A stretch of 64,000 bases of DNA, from NCBI GenBank assembly GCA_965208505.1, contig OZ242339.1, positions 1,819,162 to 1,883,161 on the forward strand, in the 5' to 3' direction. This stretch comes from Acidimicrobiales bacterium. Its GTDB lineage: Bacteria; Actinomycetota; Acidimicrobiia; Acidimicrobiales; Bin134. Made by a program: the position numbers and the translations under genes. This document shows positions 53,879-62,897 of this stretch, one piece after another. The notes under the pieces were generated by a model. It was not told the origin of the DNA. It ran no database searches and saw only the letters and a list, made by a program, of their open reading frames with translations. Position 1 is the first letter of the stretch. Each line of letters starts with the position of its first letter.

Positions 53879-54439
53879 ATGGACATTGGGGCTGACACCA
53901 CCGGGAAGCTCTTGGTGGCCACCCCGCTCATCGGCGACGGGAACTTCGAGCGCACCGTGGTGCTGATGCTGGCCCACCAAGAAGAGGGAGCGGCCGGCGT
54001 GGTGTTGAACCGACCATCAGGCCTGCTGGTAAGCGACGCCCTGCCTCAGTGGGCCCCGCACTTGACCCCACCGCCCACCATGTTCATAGGCGGTCCAGTG
54101 TCCAACGAATCGGTGGTGGCCCTGGCCCGAGTGCGACAAGACCCCGACCAGGGGTGGTGGACCCCGGTGCTCGGCTTGGTAGGCACCCTCGATTTAGAAG
54201 CCGACGCCGATGAGGCGGCCCGCGCAGTAGACGGCCTCCGCCTGTTCGCCGGCTACGCCGGCTGGTCCCCCGGCCAGCTCGAGGATGAGATCGAATCCGG
54301 CGCCTGGTTCGTAGTCGACGCCGACTCCGGCGACCTCCTCACCGAAGACCCCGGCGACCTGTGGCCCGCCGTCTTGGCCCGCCAACCCTCCCCCATCTCC
54401 TGGTTCACCCACTACCCCACCCACCCCAGCTACAACTGA
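53879..54439 (+). CDS. YqgE/AlgH family protein (UPF0301)
   Basis: LLVATPLIGDGNFERTVVLMLAHQEEGAAGVVLNRP and GYAGWSPGQLEDEI motifs, from ATG 53879. Confidence 0.88.
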   Translation: MDIGADTTGKLLVATPLIGDGNFERTVVLMLAHQEEGAAGVVLNRPSGLLVSDALPQWAPHLTPPPTMFIGGPVSNESVVALARVRQDPDQGWWTPVLGLVGTLDLEADADEAARAVDGLRLFAGYAGWSPGQLEDEIESGAWFVVDADSGDLLTEDPGDLWPAVLARQPSPISWFTHYPTHPSYN

Positions 54440-54448
54440 CTGACCGGC

Positions 54449-55543
54449 TCAGCTCAACCTTGATCGGAGGTCGGCGGACAGGCGGGCGATCTCGGCAGGA
54501 GGGTTGAGGGAGTCGAGATGGTTGAGGTCGGCGCGGGCTTGGTCGGTTTGGCCGAGGCCGATGGAGAGCCAGGCTCGCCAGAGGCGGGCTTCGGGGTGGT
54601 CGGGGACGGCTTCTACTGCTTGGTCGAGTCGGCGGGACCCTTCGGCGGCCTGCTCTTCTAGGCCGGTCTGGATGAGGATCACCCCGCTGTAGGTTAAGGC
54701 CCCGGGATGATCGGGGTGATCGGCCAGCACCGCTTGGTACACCCGCAATGCCAGCGCCGGGTCGCCCAGGCTGGGAGAAGTCGGATCCCACAAAGTGCGG
54801 GCCGCGGCCACTGCGTCATCGGCGGCAAGTGCTAGGTCGGCCAGAGTCTCAAATTGCTCCTGGGCCTGCAACACAATCTGGCATAGGGCGATATTGGTAC
54901 GCAGGCCCTGGGTTTCCACTAGCTGGGCGATGAACTCGGGGGGATTGGCCTCGTCGAACGCAGCCAGCTCCCCCGCCGCGCCGAAGCAGTCGCCGGTGCG
55001 GTAGAGCAGGATGGCCCGAAACGCTCGGGCATCGGGATAGTCGGGGGCGGCCACCACCGCGTCGGCCAGCACATCGGCGGCCTCGGCCTCCCGACCATCC
55101 AAGGTCAACATCCAGCCCTTGTAGGCCAGCGCAGCGGGGTTCGACGGCGACCGCTCCAACACCCGGTCGTAGATGGCAATGGCCTCGGCAATGTCGCCGG
55201 ACGCGGCCGACTCCTCCGCATTTCTGAGCAGACCCGGCACACTGGTCACCGCGTCGTTGCCGGTGATGGTGTCTCCAGAGTGCCGCGACCCCACCGCCCG
55301 ACCCAGCAACAACCCCGCCACAACCCCAATCACCACCAGCCCAACCACCACCGCGATCAACCTCCCCCGTCCCCCGCCATCCGGCTGCTCGGGCTGATCC
55401 TGATCTCCCCGAAGCGCTTCAGCCGCCTTCCGGGTATAGCTCCGGCTCAGAGCCTGATGATCCTCCGGTTCCAGGTCACCGGCGGCCAGCTCCTCATCCA
55501 AGTCATCCAGCGAGTCCAGCCAAAACTCTCGCTCATCATCCAT
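54449..55543 (-). CDS. ccmI: TPR-repeat cytochrome c biogenesis accessory protein (CcmI / CcmH C-terminal-like)
   Basis: 364 aa. One TM helix (LIAVVVGLVVIGVVAGLLLG) followed by multiple TPR-like repeats. Last gene of the ccm operon, with an 8-nt overlap with ccmH. Confidence 0.65.
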   Translation of the reverse strand: MDDEREFWLDSLDDLDEELAAGDLEPEDHQALSRSYTRKAAEALRGDQDQPEQPDGGGRGRLIAVVVGLVVIGVVAGLLLGRAVGSRHSGDTITGNDAVTSVPGLLRNAEESAASGDIAEAIAIYDRVLERSPSNPAALAYKGWMLTLDGREAEAADVLADAVVAAPDYPDARAFRAILLYRTGDCFGAAGELAAFDEANPPEFIAQLVETQGLRTNIALCQIVLQAQEQFETLADLALAADDAVAAARTLWDPTSPSLGDPALALRVYQAVLADHPDHPGALTYSGVILIQTGLEEQAAEGSRRLDQAVEAVPDHPEARLWRAWLSIGLGQTDQARADLNHLDSLNPPAEIARLSADLRSRLS

Positions 55544-56153
55544 CGCGCCGCTCTCTCATTCCGGCACGAGCAGATTCAACTAAGGAGCGTTCCTCATCCG
55601 AAACCTCGTCGCCAGCGGTGCTCTCCCGTCGCCAGCGGCGCAGCGTGACCCCCAGCAACCCCACTCCAACTACCAGGCCCACCACCGGAACCACCCAGAC
55701 CAACCCGCTCACGCCCGACCTAGACGGTGTCAGAACCACCCAGTCCCCGTATCGCTCGGCGAACCGGGCTCGGATGTCGTCGTCGCTGTACCCGGCCACC
55801 ACCAGTCGGCCAATCTCGGCTCGAATCTCCCGGGCGATGGCCACGTCCGACTCCACCACCGACTGCCCGACGCACTGGGGGCAGGCAATGGTGGCGCCGA
55901 TGTCGTGTGCTCTTTCGGCGTTGGTGCGGTCGTCCCGACCGTCCACCACCCCGAACACCAGCATGGTGGCGGCGGCCACCCCCACCAGAAGCCACGACAG
56001 GACCACTTTGCGGCGACGGGAGATCACAGGGCGGCCCCTGCGACGGCCGCGGCTCGGCGGCGGGCGACCCCTGCGGCGACGGGAGATCACAGGGCGGCCC
56101 CTGCGACGGCCGCGGCTCGGCGGCGGGCGACCCCTGCGGCGACGGGAGATCAC
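55536..56153 (-). CDS. ccmH: Cytochrome c-type biogenesis protein CcmH (CXXC)
   Basis: Motifs CPQCVGQSVVESDVAIAREIR and ..FAERYGDWVVLTP. Three equivalent GTG starts (56153, 56090, 56027) are created by a 63-bp tandem repeat. 56027 gives a conventional signal anchor VISRRRKVVLSWLLVGVAAATMLVF. Confidence 0.8.
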   Translation of the reverse strand: MISRRRRGRPPPSRGRRRGRPVISRRRRGRPPPSRGRRRGRPVISRRRKVVLSWLLVGVAAATMLVFGVVDGRDDRTNAERAHDIGATIACPQCVGQSVVESDVAIAREIRAEIGRLVVAGYSDDDIRARFAERYGDWVVLTPSRSGVSGLVWVVPVVGLVVGVGLLGVTLRRWRRESTAGDEVSDEERSLVESARAGMRERRDG

Positions 56154-56167
56154 AGGGCGGCCCCTGC
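56010..56167. repeat. Perfect 63-bp tandem repeat, 2.5 copies, spanning the ccmG stop / ccmH start junction
   Basis: Unit gcggcgacgggagatcacagggcggcccctgcgacggccgcggctcggcggcgggcgacccct at 56010, 56073 and 56136 (the last is partial). No mismatches seen. The period equals 21 codons. Confidence 0.95.
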
Positions 56168-56737
56168 ACGAACCAGCTGAGCCTCGAGCCCGGCCAGGGT
56201 GACGCCTCCGGTGAACTTGGACACCACCCGTCCAAGGGGATCCACAAGGTAGGTCTCCGGCACGGCGGTGACCCCGAAATCAATGGCAATGCGACCGGTG
56301 TTGGAAATCACGATGGGCCAATCCCCGCCCTGCTCGGCGAAGAAGTGGTCGATGACCTCCACTTCGTCTCGGAAGACCACGCTTACCAGCCGAATATTGG
56401 GATCGCCGCGGTAGCGATCATGGAATGCCACCAACTCGGGATGTTCCACCACGCACTGCACACACCAGGTGGAGAAGAAGTTAACCACCACCCAGCGACC
56501 CCGCTGGGCGGCCATGTCGAATTCGCCCCCATCCAGCGTCTCCCCGGCAAACTCAGGAGCGAAGTCGGGCACGGGCGGCCCTCTTCGGTCACGCTCAGAC
56601 ACGGCGAACACCGCGATGAGGGCCACGGCCAATACACCGACTGCCAGCACCACCCACCGAACCGTTCGCAGCCGCGGGGGCCTTTCGGACTGATCGGAAT
56701 CGACGGGCTGGTCGGCGGACGGCGGCTGCTCAGGCAA
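56150..56737 (-). CDS. ccmG: Thiol:disulfide oxidoreductase CcmG/DsbE (TlpA/ResA family)
   Basis: 195 aa. N-terminal anchor and thioredoxin motif FFSTWCVQCVVEHP. Confidence 0.85.
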   Translation of the reverse strand: MPEQPPSADQPVDSDQSERPPRLRTVRWVVLAVGVLAVALIAVFAVSERDRRGPPVPDFAPEFAGETLDGGEFDMAAQRGRWVVVNFFSTWCVQCVVEHPELVAFHDRYRGDPNIRLVSVVFRDEVEVIDHFFAEQGGDWPIVISNTGRIAIDFGVTAVPETYLVDPLGRVVSKFTGGVTLAGLEAQLVRAGAAL

Positions 56738-58691
56738 CGGGCACCCCGCGTTCTCGAAGGGGAACTCCCGGCACCGGGGCCGACACCGGCATGGTGGGCG
56801 ACCTCCGACGGCCGGGAAATGCCGAGAACACCGCCCCCAGCAGCATAATTGCGCCGCCTATCCACAGCCACAGCGTCAGCGGCTGAACGGTCACCCGCAC
56901 CCCGGCAGGGCCATCGGGCCCGTCGGGCAAGTCCAACACCGCCACCTGGATGTCCCGCACCGGCGACGACTTGGTGCCCGGCGTGCGCACCACTCCCCCG
57001 TTGGCGAACCGGCTCACCCCCGGCCGGACCACCGTGCCGTCCACCAGCACCACGGCCTCGGTCTTGACCTTATTATCGAACACCTTCTCCTGGGTGCCCA
57101 CAAATACGATCTCATGCCCGCTGACGTAGGCCGTCTCGCCAGGGGCGATGGTCAGCTCGCTCTGGTGCAGATAGCTGTTGCTAGCCGCCAGCGCGACCGC
57201 CACCACGACCACGCCGATGTGTACCACCATGCCGCCGTTGGCCCGGCCCACCAGGCCCCGCCACCCCTGCCGCCGAGCAGCCAACACCAACTGGCGCACC
57301 GCCGCGCCCCCCGCGAACCCGGCTAGACCGAACGCCAGCAACGGGGCCAGGCCCCGAGCCCCTACCAGCAGGGCGATCAGCAACCCGGCCACTGCCGCCC
57401 AGCCCGGCCACATCAGCCGCTCCGACAGCCTCTCGGCGGTGGTCTTGCGCCACGGCAGCACTGGGGCCACCGCCATCAAGAACAGCAACAGCAGCCCGAC
57501 CGGCATCGTCATCCGGTCGAAGAATGGGGTGCCCACGCTGATCCGATCGCCACCGGTCGCTTCCACGATCAGCGGGAATACCGTCCCCAACAGCACTACG
57601 AAGGCGAACACCCCGAACAGCAGGTTGTTGGCCAAGAACGAGGCCTCCCGCGACAGCGCCGAGTCAATCTGCCCCGGCGAGCGCAACCGGTCGCCCCGCC
57701 AAGCGATGAGCCCCACGGTGACCACCACAATCAAAGCGAAGAACACCAGCAACGCGGGACCCACTGCATCAGCGGAAAACGCATGAACCGAGTCCACCAA
57801 CCCCGAGCGGGTCAAGAACGTCCCCAAAATGGTCAAGGCGAACGTGGCGCATACCAGCGACAGATTCCACACCCGCAGCATTCCCCGGCGCTCCTGCACC
57901 ATCACCGAATGCAAATAGGCGGTGCCGGTCAGCCACGGCAACAGCGAGGCGTTCTCCACCGGGTCCCATCCCCAATATCCGCCCCAGCCCAGAACGTCCC
58001 ATGACCACCACGCCCCCAGGATGATCCCCGCGGTGAGAAAGGCCCAAGCGAACAAAGTCCACCGCCGGGTCTCAACCAGCCACCCCTCCCCCAGCCGACC
58101 GGTGGCCAGCGCCGCCACCGCGAAGGCGAACGGCACGGTGAACCCCACATAGCCCAGATATAGCATCGGGGGGTGCACGGCCATCAGCCAGTGGTTCTGC
58201 AACAGCGGATTGGGGCCGGGACCGTCGTAGCCCGGCGGCACGTCCACCCGACGGAAGGGCTGGGCCAGATCCAGGTTGGGCCAGTTGAACATCAGCACAA
58301 AAAAGAACAGGCACACGATGAACAGCACGGCCATGGCCCAGCCCACCAGCGGGTCACTGAGGCGATGGCGGAATTTGGTGACCACTACCACCAGGTAGCC
58401 GGCCAGGATTAGGGCCCACAGCAAAATTGAGCCCTCCAGGGCGGCCCAGAGGGTGGCCACGTTGAACAGCGCGGGGGTGGCGTGGCTGCCGTTTTCGGCC
58501 ACATACGACACAGAGAAGTCCCGGGTGATGAGGGCCCGCTCCATGGCGAACACCGACAATGCGGCCCCGCCCAGCACCAGCCAGGCGCACAGCCGCACCC
58601 GCTCGAGCCGGCGGGCGGCCACCATGAACACCCCGATGGCGGCCGAAGCCATCGCCACCGAGATGCCCAGCACCCCGAGGGTTATGTTCAT
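56730..58691 (-). CDS. ccmF: Cytochrome c heme lyase subunit CcmF
   Basis: 653 aa polytopic protein with the WWD motif GWGGYWGWDPVENASLLPWL. Confidence 0.92.
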   Translation of the reverse strand: MNITLGVLGISVAMASAAIGVFMVAARRLERVRLCAWLVLGGAALSVFAMERALITRDFSVSYVAENGSHATPALFNVATLWAALEGSILLWALILAGYLVVVVTKFRHRLSDPLVGWAMAVLFIVCLFFFVLMFNWPNLDLAQPFRRVDVPPGYDGPGPNPLLQNHWLMAVHPPMLYLGYVGFTVPFAFAVAALATGRLGEGWLVETRRWTLFAWAFLTAGIILGAWWSWDVLGWGGYWGWDPVENASLLPWLTGTAYLHSVMVQERRGMLRVWNLSLVCATFALTILGTFLTRSGLVDSVHAFSADAVGPALLVFFALIVVVTVGLIAWRGDRLRSPGQIDSALSREASFLANNLLFGVFAFVVLLGTVFPLIVEATGGDRISVGTPFFDRMTMPVGLLLLFLMAVAPVLPWRKTTAERLSERLMWPGWAAVAGLLIALLVGARGLAPLLAFGLAGFAGGAAVRQLVLAARRQGWRGLVGRANGGMVVHIGVVVVAVALAASNSYLHQSELTIAPGETAYVSGHEIVFVGTQEKVFDNKVKTEAVVLVDGTVVRPGVSRFANGGVVRTPGTKSSPVRDIQVAVLDLPDGPDGPAGVRVTVQPLTLWLWIGGAIMLLGAVFSAFPGRRRSPTMPVSAPVPGVPLRERGVPVA

Positions 58692-58728
58692 CGCCGGCGG
58701 TCGCCCTTCAGCAATGAACCGCCGTCAG

Positions 58729-59283
58729 TCATTCGTACTGTCCGCGCTCTTCGGCGTCGTCGATTCGGTCTTGGTTGTCCACCCGGTAGTCGTTGTCGTG
58801 CTTTACCAGCATCCGGTCGCTGGCGAAGTACCAGCCGTCGTCGGCCACACCGCCGTAGTCGCTGCTTCGCACCCAGCGACCGTCGATCACCACGGGCACC
58901 TCGGGCTGGAACTGGTCGGACACCCCGCCGGTGTGGACCACGTCGGCAACCACCCCGTCGAGGGTCACCGAGAATGCCACCGCCGGGCGTCCGTCGTCCA
59001 GAGTCACATCTTGTGGAGACCCGCTGACTGGGGAGCCGATCATCCGGAACCGATCGTCGCCCAACTCCTCCCGGTCCTCCACCGCATCGTCCACCTCGCG
59101 GAAAACCAGCGTGGCGTCGGCCAGAACCTTCCACAGCACGAAACCGATCACCAACAGCACCGCGGCCACCAGCAGCACCGGCCCCCACCGGCGGAAGCCT
59201 CGGCGTGCGGGCCGGGCCGGTCGGGGGCTCAGATCCATGGCCTCGCCCGGGTCCACCAATTCCTCGGTCGGAGAATCAGTCAT
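58729..59283 (-). CDS. ccmE: Heme chaperone CcmE
   Basis: N-terminal anchor, OB-fold and heme-binding motif LVKHDNDY. Confidence 0.88.
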   Translation of the reverse strand: MTDSPTEELVDPGEAMDLSPRPARPARRGFRRWGPVLLVAAVLLVIGFVLWKVLADATLVFREVDDAVEDREELGDDRFRMIGSPVSGSPQDVTLDDGRPAVAFSVTLDGVVADVVHTGGVSDQFQPEVPVVIDGRWVRSSDYGGVADDGWYFASDRMLVKHDNDYRVDNQDRIDDAEERGQYE

Positions 59284-59422
59284 CGGGCATCATCCAGCGG
59301 CGGCGGTTCTCGGGCACCCTTCGACCCAGCAATCGGCCCCGCATAAGCACCCACCCGGCATAGGCCACCACCGCGCCCACGGTGATGCTCCAGCCGGCAA
59401 TGAGATAGCCCACATGGGTCAT
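59276..59422 (-). CDS. ccmD: Heme exporter protein CcmD
   Basis: Too short for the ORF track (48 aa). My translation is MTHVGYLIAGWSITVGAVVAYAGWVLMRGRLLGRRVPENRRRWMMPDD, with a single TM. It has an ATGA overlap with the ccmC stop and an 8-nt overlap with the ccmE start, the canonical position between ccmC and ccmE. Confidence 0.65.
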   Translation of the reverse strand: MTHVGYLIAGWSITVGAVVAYAGWVLMRGRLLGRRVPENRRRWMMPDD

Positions 59423-60201
59423 AGCTGCTCCCCCGTCGTATTGGTCTCGCCCGCCTCGGCTCGCCGTTCCTCCAAGGCCTCGTCCACCTCAAGTTGTTCG
59501 ATCTGGTTCTCTAGGTAGGCCAAGCGGAAGCGGTGCAACAGCAGCCATGCGAACAGCACCATGCCCACCGCAAAGGAGAACGACAGGGTGAACAGGGTCT
59601 CGTCGCGGATCTTGCGGGCGGTGAGCGTGGACTGCTGGTGCAAGGTGCGGTTCTCCCACCAGTCCACCGACCGGTTCACGATCACGATGTTGACCGCCCC
59701 CACCAGGGCGATCACCGCCGATCGCCGGGCCTTCACCACGGTAGCGGCGGGGATGCGGCGCACAGCCAGGTAGCCGATGAACACCAGCACCATCACCAGG
59801 GCGGTCACCAGGCGAACGTCGCCCCACTCCCACCAGGTCTGCCAGGTGGGACGCCCCCAGATCGAGCCTGTCACCAAGGTCAGCACCCCGAATACCACGC
59901 CGATCTCCGCAGAGGAGTGGGCCATCATGTCCCACCAGTCGGTGCGCCACCGCAGATAGGCCAGGCTGGCCACAAACGTAAGCCCGAAGCCGGTGTAGGC
60001 CAAGATGGCTGACGGCACGTGGACGAACATCAGGCGCACGGCGTCGAACTGGCCCACCACATCGCCTTGTTCGGTGATCCGGGTGTCTTCGGGTACCCAG
60101 GCGAAGGCCAGGGCCACCAGCACTGCAAACCCGCCCAGCGTCAGCCAGCCCAAAACTCTCGTCGCCTTCGACGAGGTGGTGGCAGCCACCACGGTGCTCA
60201 T
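59419..60201 (-). CDS. ccmC: Heme exporter protein CcmC
   Basis: Polytopic, with the Trp-rich motif WGRPTWQTWWEWGDVRL. The likely start ATG 60201 overlaps the ccmB stop. The track ORF extension to 60471 is Arg/Gly-rich and off-frame-like. Confidence 0.85.
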   Translation of the reverse strand: MSTVVAATTSSKATRVLGWLTLGGFAVLVALAFAWVPEDTRITEQGDVVGQFDAVRLMFVHVPSAILAYTGFGLTFVASLAYLRWRTDWWDMMAHSSAEIGVVFGVLTLVTGSIWGRPTWQTWWEWGDVRLVTALVMVLVFIGYLAVRRIPAATVVKARRSAVIALVGAVNIVIVNRSVDWWENRTLHQQSTLTARKIRDETLFTLSFSFAVGMVLFAWLLLHRFRLAYLENQIEQLEVDEALEERRAEAGETNTTGEQL

Positions 60202-60890
60202 GCTTCCTCCAAAAGAGCGCCGTAGGTCAACGCTCCGAACACCCCATAGATTGCGGCGAAACCGGCCAGAAGGCCCAACCAGGCCCACCCTTCGGCCCCG
60301 GCCACGCCGAACGCGTCCTGAAATGCCCGGGTGGCCCCGATGAGCACCGGGGCCACCACCGGCAACAACAGCACCGGCAACAGGGTCTCCCGCACCCCCA
60401 GCCCGGCCACCAGCGCCCCGTACAGTGTGCCCGCGGCGGCCACCCCGGCGGCGGCGGCCAGCCCGGCGCACACCAAGAGGCCATAGCGGTACACCGTCAC
60501 GTCGAACAACAGAACTACGCCGACCCCCAACAGCACTTGCAGCACCACCAACTGCACGGCGATGGCCACCGCTTTGCCCCCGAACACCGCGATGGGGTCG
60601 ATTCCCGACAGCAGCAGGCGGTCGGAGGCCCCGTCGGCCAAATCCACCGCAAACGAGCGGCCGATGGACAGTAGCGAGGCCAGCAACACGGTCACCCAGA
60701 ACAACCCGGGGGCGAAAGTGCGCAATGCCTCCTGATCGGTGTCCAGAGCGAAGGCGAACAGCACCAGCACCGTTACCGCGAACGGCACGATCTGGTTGAT
60801 TCCCACCCGGGCGCGCATCTCAATCCTCAGGTCCTTGCCCGCGATCAGCCACGCATCACGAAACACGGCGGTCTCCCTCGGTGGAAGCAT
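60198..60890 (-). CDS. ccmB: Heme exporter permease CcmB
   Basis: 230 aa, six predicted TM helices, located between ccmA and ccmC. Confidence 0.82.
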   Translation of the reverse strand: MLPPRETAVFRDAWLIAGKDLRIEMRARVGINQIVPFAVTVLVLFAFALDTDQEALRTFAPGLFWVTVLLASLLSIGRSFAVDLADGASDRLLLSGIDPIAVFGGKAVAIAVQLVVLQVLLGVGVVLLFDVTVYRYGLLVCAGLAAAAGVAAAGTLYGALVAGLGVRETLLPVLLLPVVAPVLIGATRAFQDAFGVAGAEGWAWLGLLAGFAAIYGVFGALTYGALLEEA

Positions 60891-61560
60891 CCTCGCCGCC
60901 TGGCGTATCAGCCGAGTCGCTCCCCTCGCTCACCATTCCGCCCACCACGCTCACCACCCGGGGCTTGAGCACCTGAATCCGCTCTAGCTCGTGGGTGGCC
61001 AACACCACCGTGGCTCCCGCCGCGGCCGCGCCGCGAACCAGTACGTCCACCGTGTCGCGCGACTGCTGATCCAGGCCGGCATGGGGCTCGTCCAGCAGCC
61101 ACAGCTCCGGGCGCCGCACCACCAACGAGGCGATCGAAGCCCGGCGACGCTGCCCTGCCGAAAGTCGGCCCACCCGAGTGTCGGCCAGCCGCCCGGTAAG
61201 CGAGAGCCGCTCAATTGCCTCGTCGACGTCGGCGCCACCGGCCCCGGCGGCCCGAGCCCAAAAGGCCACATTCTCGGCTACCGTCAGATCGTCGTAGAGC
61301 CCGGTGCGATGGCCCAACAGCGCCACCCGACGCCGCACCATCCGACGCTCATCGCTCAGATCGTGGCCCAGCACCCGCCCCTGGCCCGAGGCCAACGAGC
61401 ACAGTCCTGCACACAGCCGCAACAGGGTGGTCTTGCCCGCTCCGTTTGATCCCTTGAGCAGAACAACTTCCCCCGGCGAGATGTCGAGATCAACTCCGGC
61501 CAAGGCGGGAAACCGCCCTAACAACGTCACCGCGGCCCGGAGCCGGACAGCACTTTCCAC
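60856..61560 (-). CDS. ccmA: Heme exporter ATP-binding protein CcmA (ABC)
   Basis: Walker A KGSNGAGKTTLL, signature LSAGQRRR and Walker B LWLLDEP. The likely start is GTG 61560 (VESAVRLRAAV..); the track ORF extends to 61701. Confidence 0.85.
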   Translation of the reverse strand: MESAVRLRAAVTLLGRFPALAGVDLDISPGEVVLLKGSNGAGKTTLLRLCAGLCSLASGQGRVLGHDLSDERRMVRRRVALLGHRTGLYDDLTVAENVAFWARAAGAGGADVDEAIERLSLTGRLADTRVGRLSAGQRRRASIASLVVRRPELWLLDEPHAGLDQQSRDTVDVLVRGAAAAGATVVLATHELERIQVLKPRVVSVVGGMVSEGSDSADTPGGEDASTEGDRRVS

Positions 61561-61712
61561 AACTCCACTCAGGCTACAGGGGCGCTTTCTGACCGCAGAA
61601 ACCAAACCGCCCGTAACAGAAATTCCCCAACTGGCCCAGGTCCCGGTGATCGCATCAGAAAATTGCTTGCCCGTAAGCAGGTGCCGCGCTAGGTTTCGCA
61701 CCTAGCCCTGAT

Positions 61713-61790
61713 GGCCGGGGAGGTTGGAGCTCCCCGGCCTAAGGCTCGCCCTAGCCAGGGGCGAGCCCTGTTCGGAGTATTGCAACAGGG
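61713..61790. other. Three consecutive GC-rich hairpins in the divergent intergenic region upstream of ccmA
   Basis: ggccggggag-gttggag-ctccccggcc (61713-61739), ggctcgccc-tagccag-gggcgagcc (61743-61767) and ccctgtt-..-aacaggg (61766-61790). All stems are perfect. Confidence 0.6.
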
Positions 61791-61886
61791 CTTGCCTGTG
61801 TCAATATTAGATGACATTCACTGAAATGGGCGCAATTCTCTGCCACCACTCCCTCGCTCGCCCCTCAATGCCATAGCATCGGCGAT

Positions 61887-62897
61887 GTGTTCGCGCTGGT
61901 GACCGAGAAGGCGTATGAGCAGCACCGGAGTCACTTCGACAAGTTGGACAACGAAGGGCACGGTCTCCAGTGGCTGCGTCTCGGCGACGACGGTCAGCTA
62001 CTCGGGCCCCCCGATGCCCACCCGGAGGTGGCGTGGCTGTCCAGCGACTTGTTTTTCGGCGGGATTCTGGACCGGTTCTTCGAGATTGTGGAAGGCGCGC
62101 CCGAATTTCGCTGGCTCCAGTCGACCGCTGCGGGGGTGGATCTGGATCCTTACGAGCGACTCATGAAACAGGGCGCCCGGATTTGCAACGCCCACCTCAC
62201 CGCCATACCCATCGCCGAATTCGTGCTGCGAGCAGTTCTCGACGTGTTCCAAGGCGCCGAGCGCTGGCGGACCGCCCAGGCCGAGGCCCGCTGGGAGCAC
62301 CACAATTTCCGCGAAGTGTGGCGATCCCGCTGGCTGATCATCGGGCTGGGGGCCATCGGCGCAGAGACCGCCCGCCGGGCCCGGGCATTCGAGGCTCACG
62401 TGACCGGGGTGCGCCGCCTTCCCACCGGAGATGAGCCGGTGGACGCCATGATCTCGCCCGCCGAGGTACCCTCTGCCCTGCCCGAGGCCGACGTGGTAGT
62501 GCTGGCCACCCCGGCCACCTCCGAAACCGAGAACCTGGTGGACGACGATTTCCTGTCGGCCATGAAGCCGGGAGCGGTGCTGGTGAACATCGCCCGGGGC
62601 AAGCTGGTGGACGACGATGCCCTGCTCCGGGCATTGAGCGGTGACGACCTGGCCGCCGCCATCCTCGATGTCTTCAACAGCGAGCCCCTCGATCCCGACC
62701 ATCCCTATTGGTCTCATCCCAAGGTGGTGCTGACCCCCCACTCCTCCGGCGGGGGGTTCGGAAGGTGGGATCGGGGCGCCGAGCTGTTCTGCGACAACCT
62801 GCGCCGATTCCTGGCCGGCGAGCCACTTGTCAACGAGGTGACCTCCGTGCAGTTGCCCACCGACCTCCCCTTCATCACGGGCAGGGACAAGCAATGA
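61887..62897 (+). CDS. D-isomer-specific 2-hydroxyacid dehydrogenase family protein
   Basis: 336 aa. NAD-binding IIGLGAIGAETARRA, plus NIARGKLVDDDAL and LTPHSSG motifs. Confidence 0.85.
   Translation: MFALVTEKAYEQHRSHFDKLDNEGHGLQWLRLGDDGQLLGPPDAHPEVAWLSSDLFFGGILDRFFEIVEGAPEFRWLQSTAAGVDLDPYERLMKQGARICNAHLTAIPIAEFVLRAVLDVFQGAERWRTAQAEARWEHHNFREVWRSRWLIIGLGAIGAETARRARAFEAHVTGVRRLPTGDEPVDAMISPAEVPSALPEADVVVLATPATSETENLVDDDFLSAMKPGAVLVNIARGKLVDDDALLRALSGDDLAAAILDVFNSEPLDPDHPYWSHPKVVLTPHSSGGGFGRWDRGAELFCDNLRRFLAGEPLVNEVTSVQLPTDLPFITGRDKQ

Noticed and set aside
56010-56167. Possible CRISPR array or Tat signal created by the 63-bp repeats
   Set aside because: The repeats are contiguous with no spacers and lie on a gene junction, so this is not CRISPR. 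The Arg-rich stretch lacks an SRRxFLK-type twin-arginine consensus followed by an h-region in each copy, and it is explained by the duplication.
55727-56848. 373-aa plus-strand ORF antisense to ccmH/ccmG
   Set aside because: Arg/Pro/Gly-rich and partly generated by the 63-bp repeat. The ccm genes on the other strand carry diagnostic CXXC motifs.
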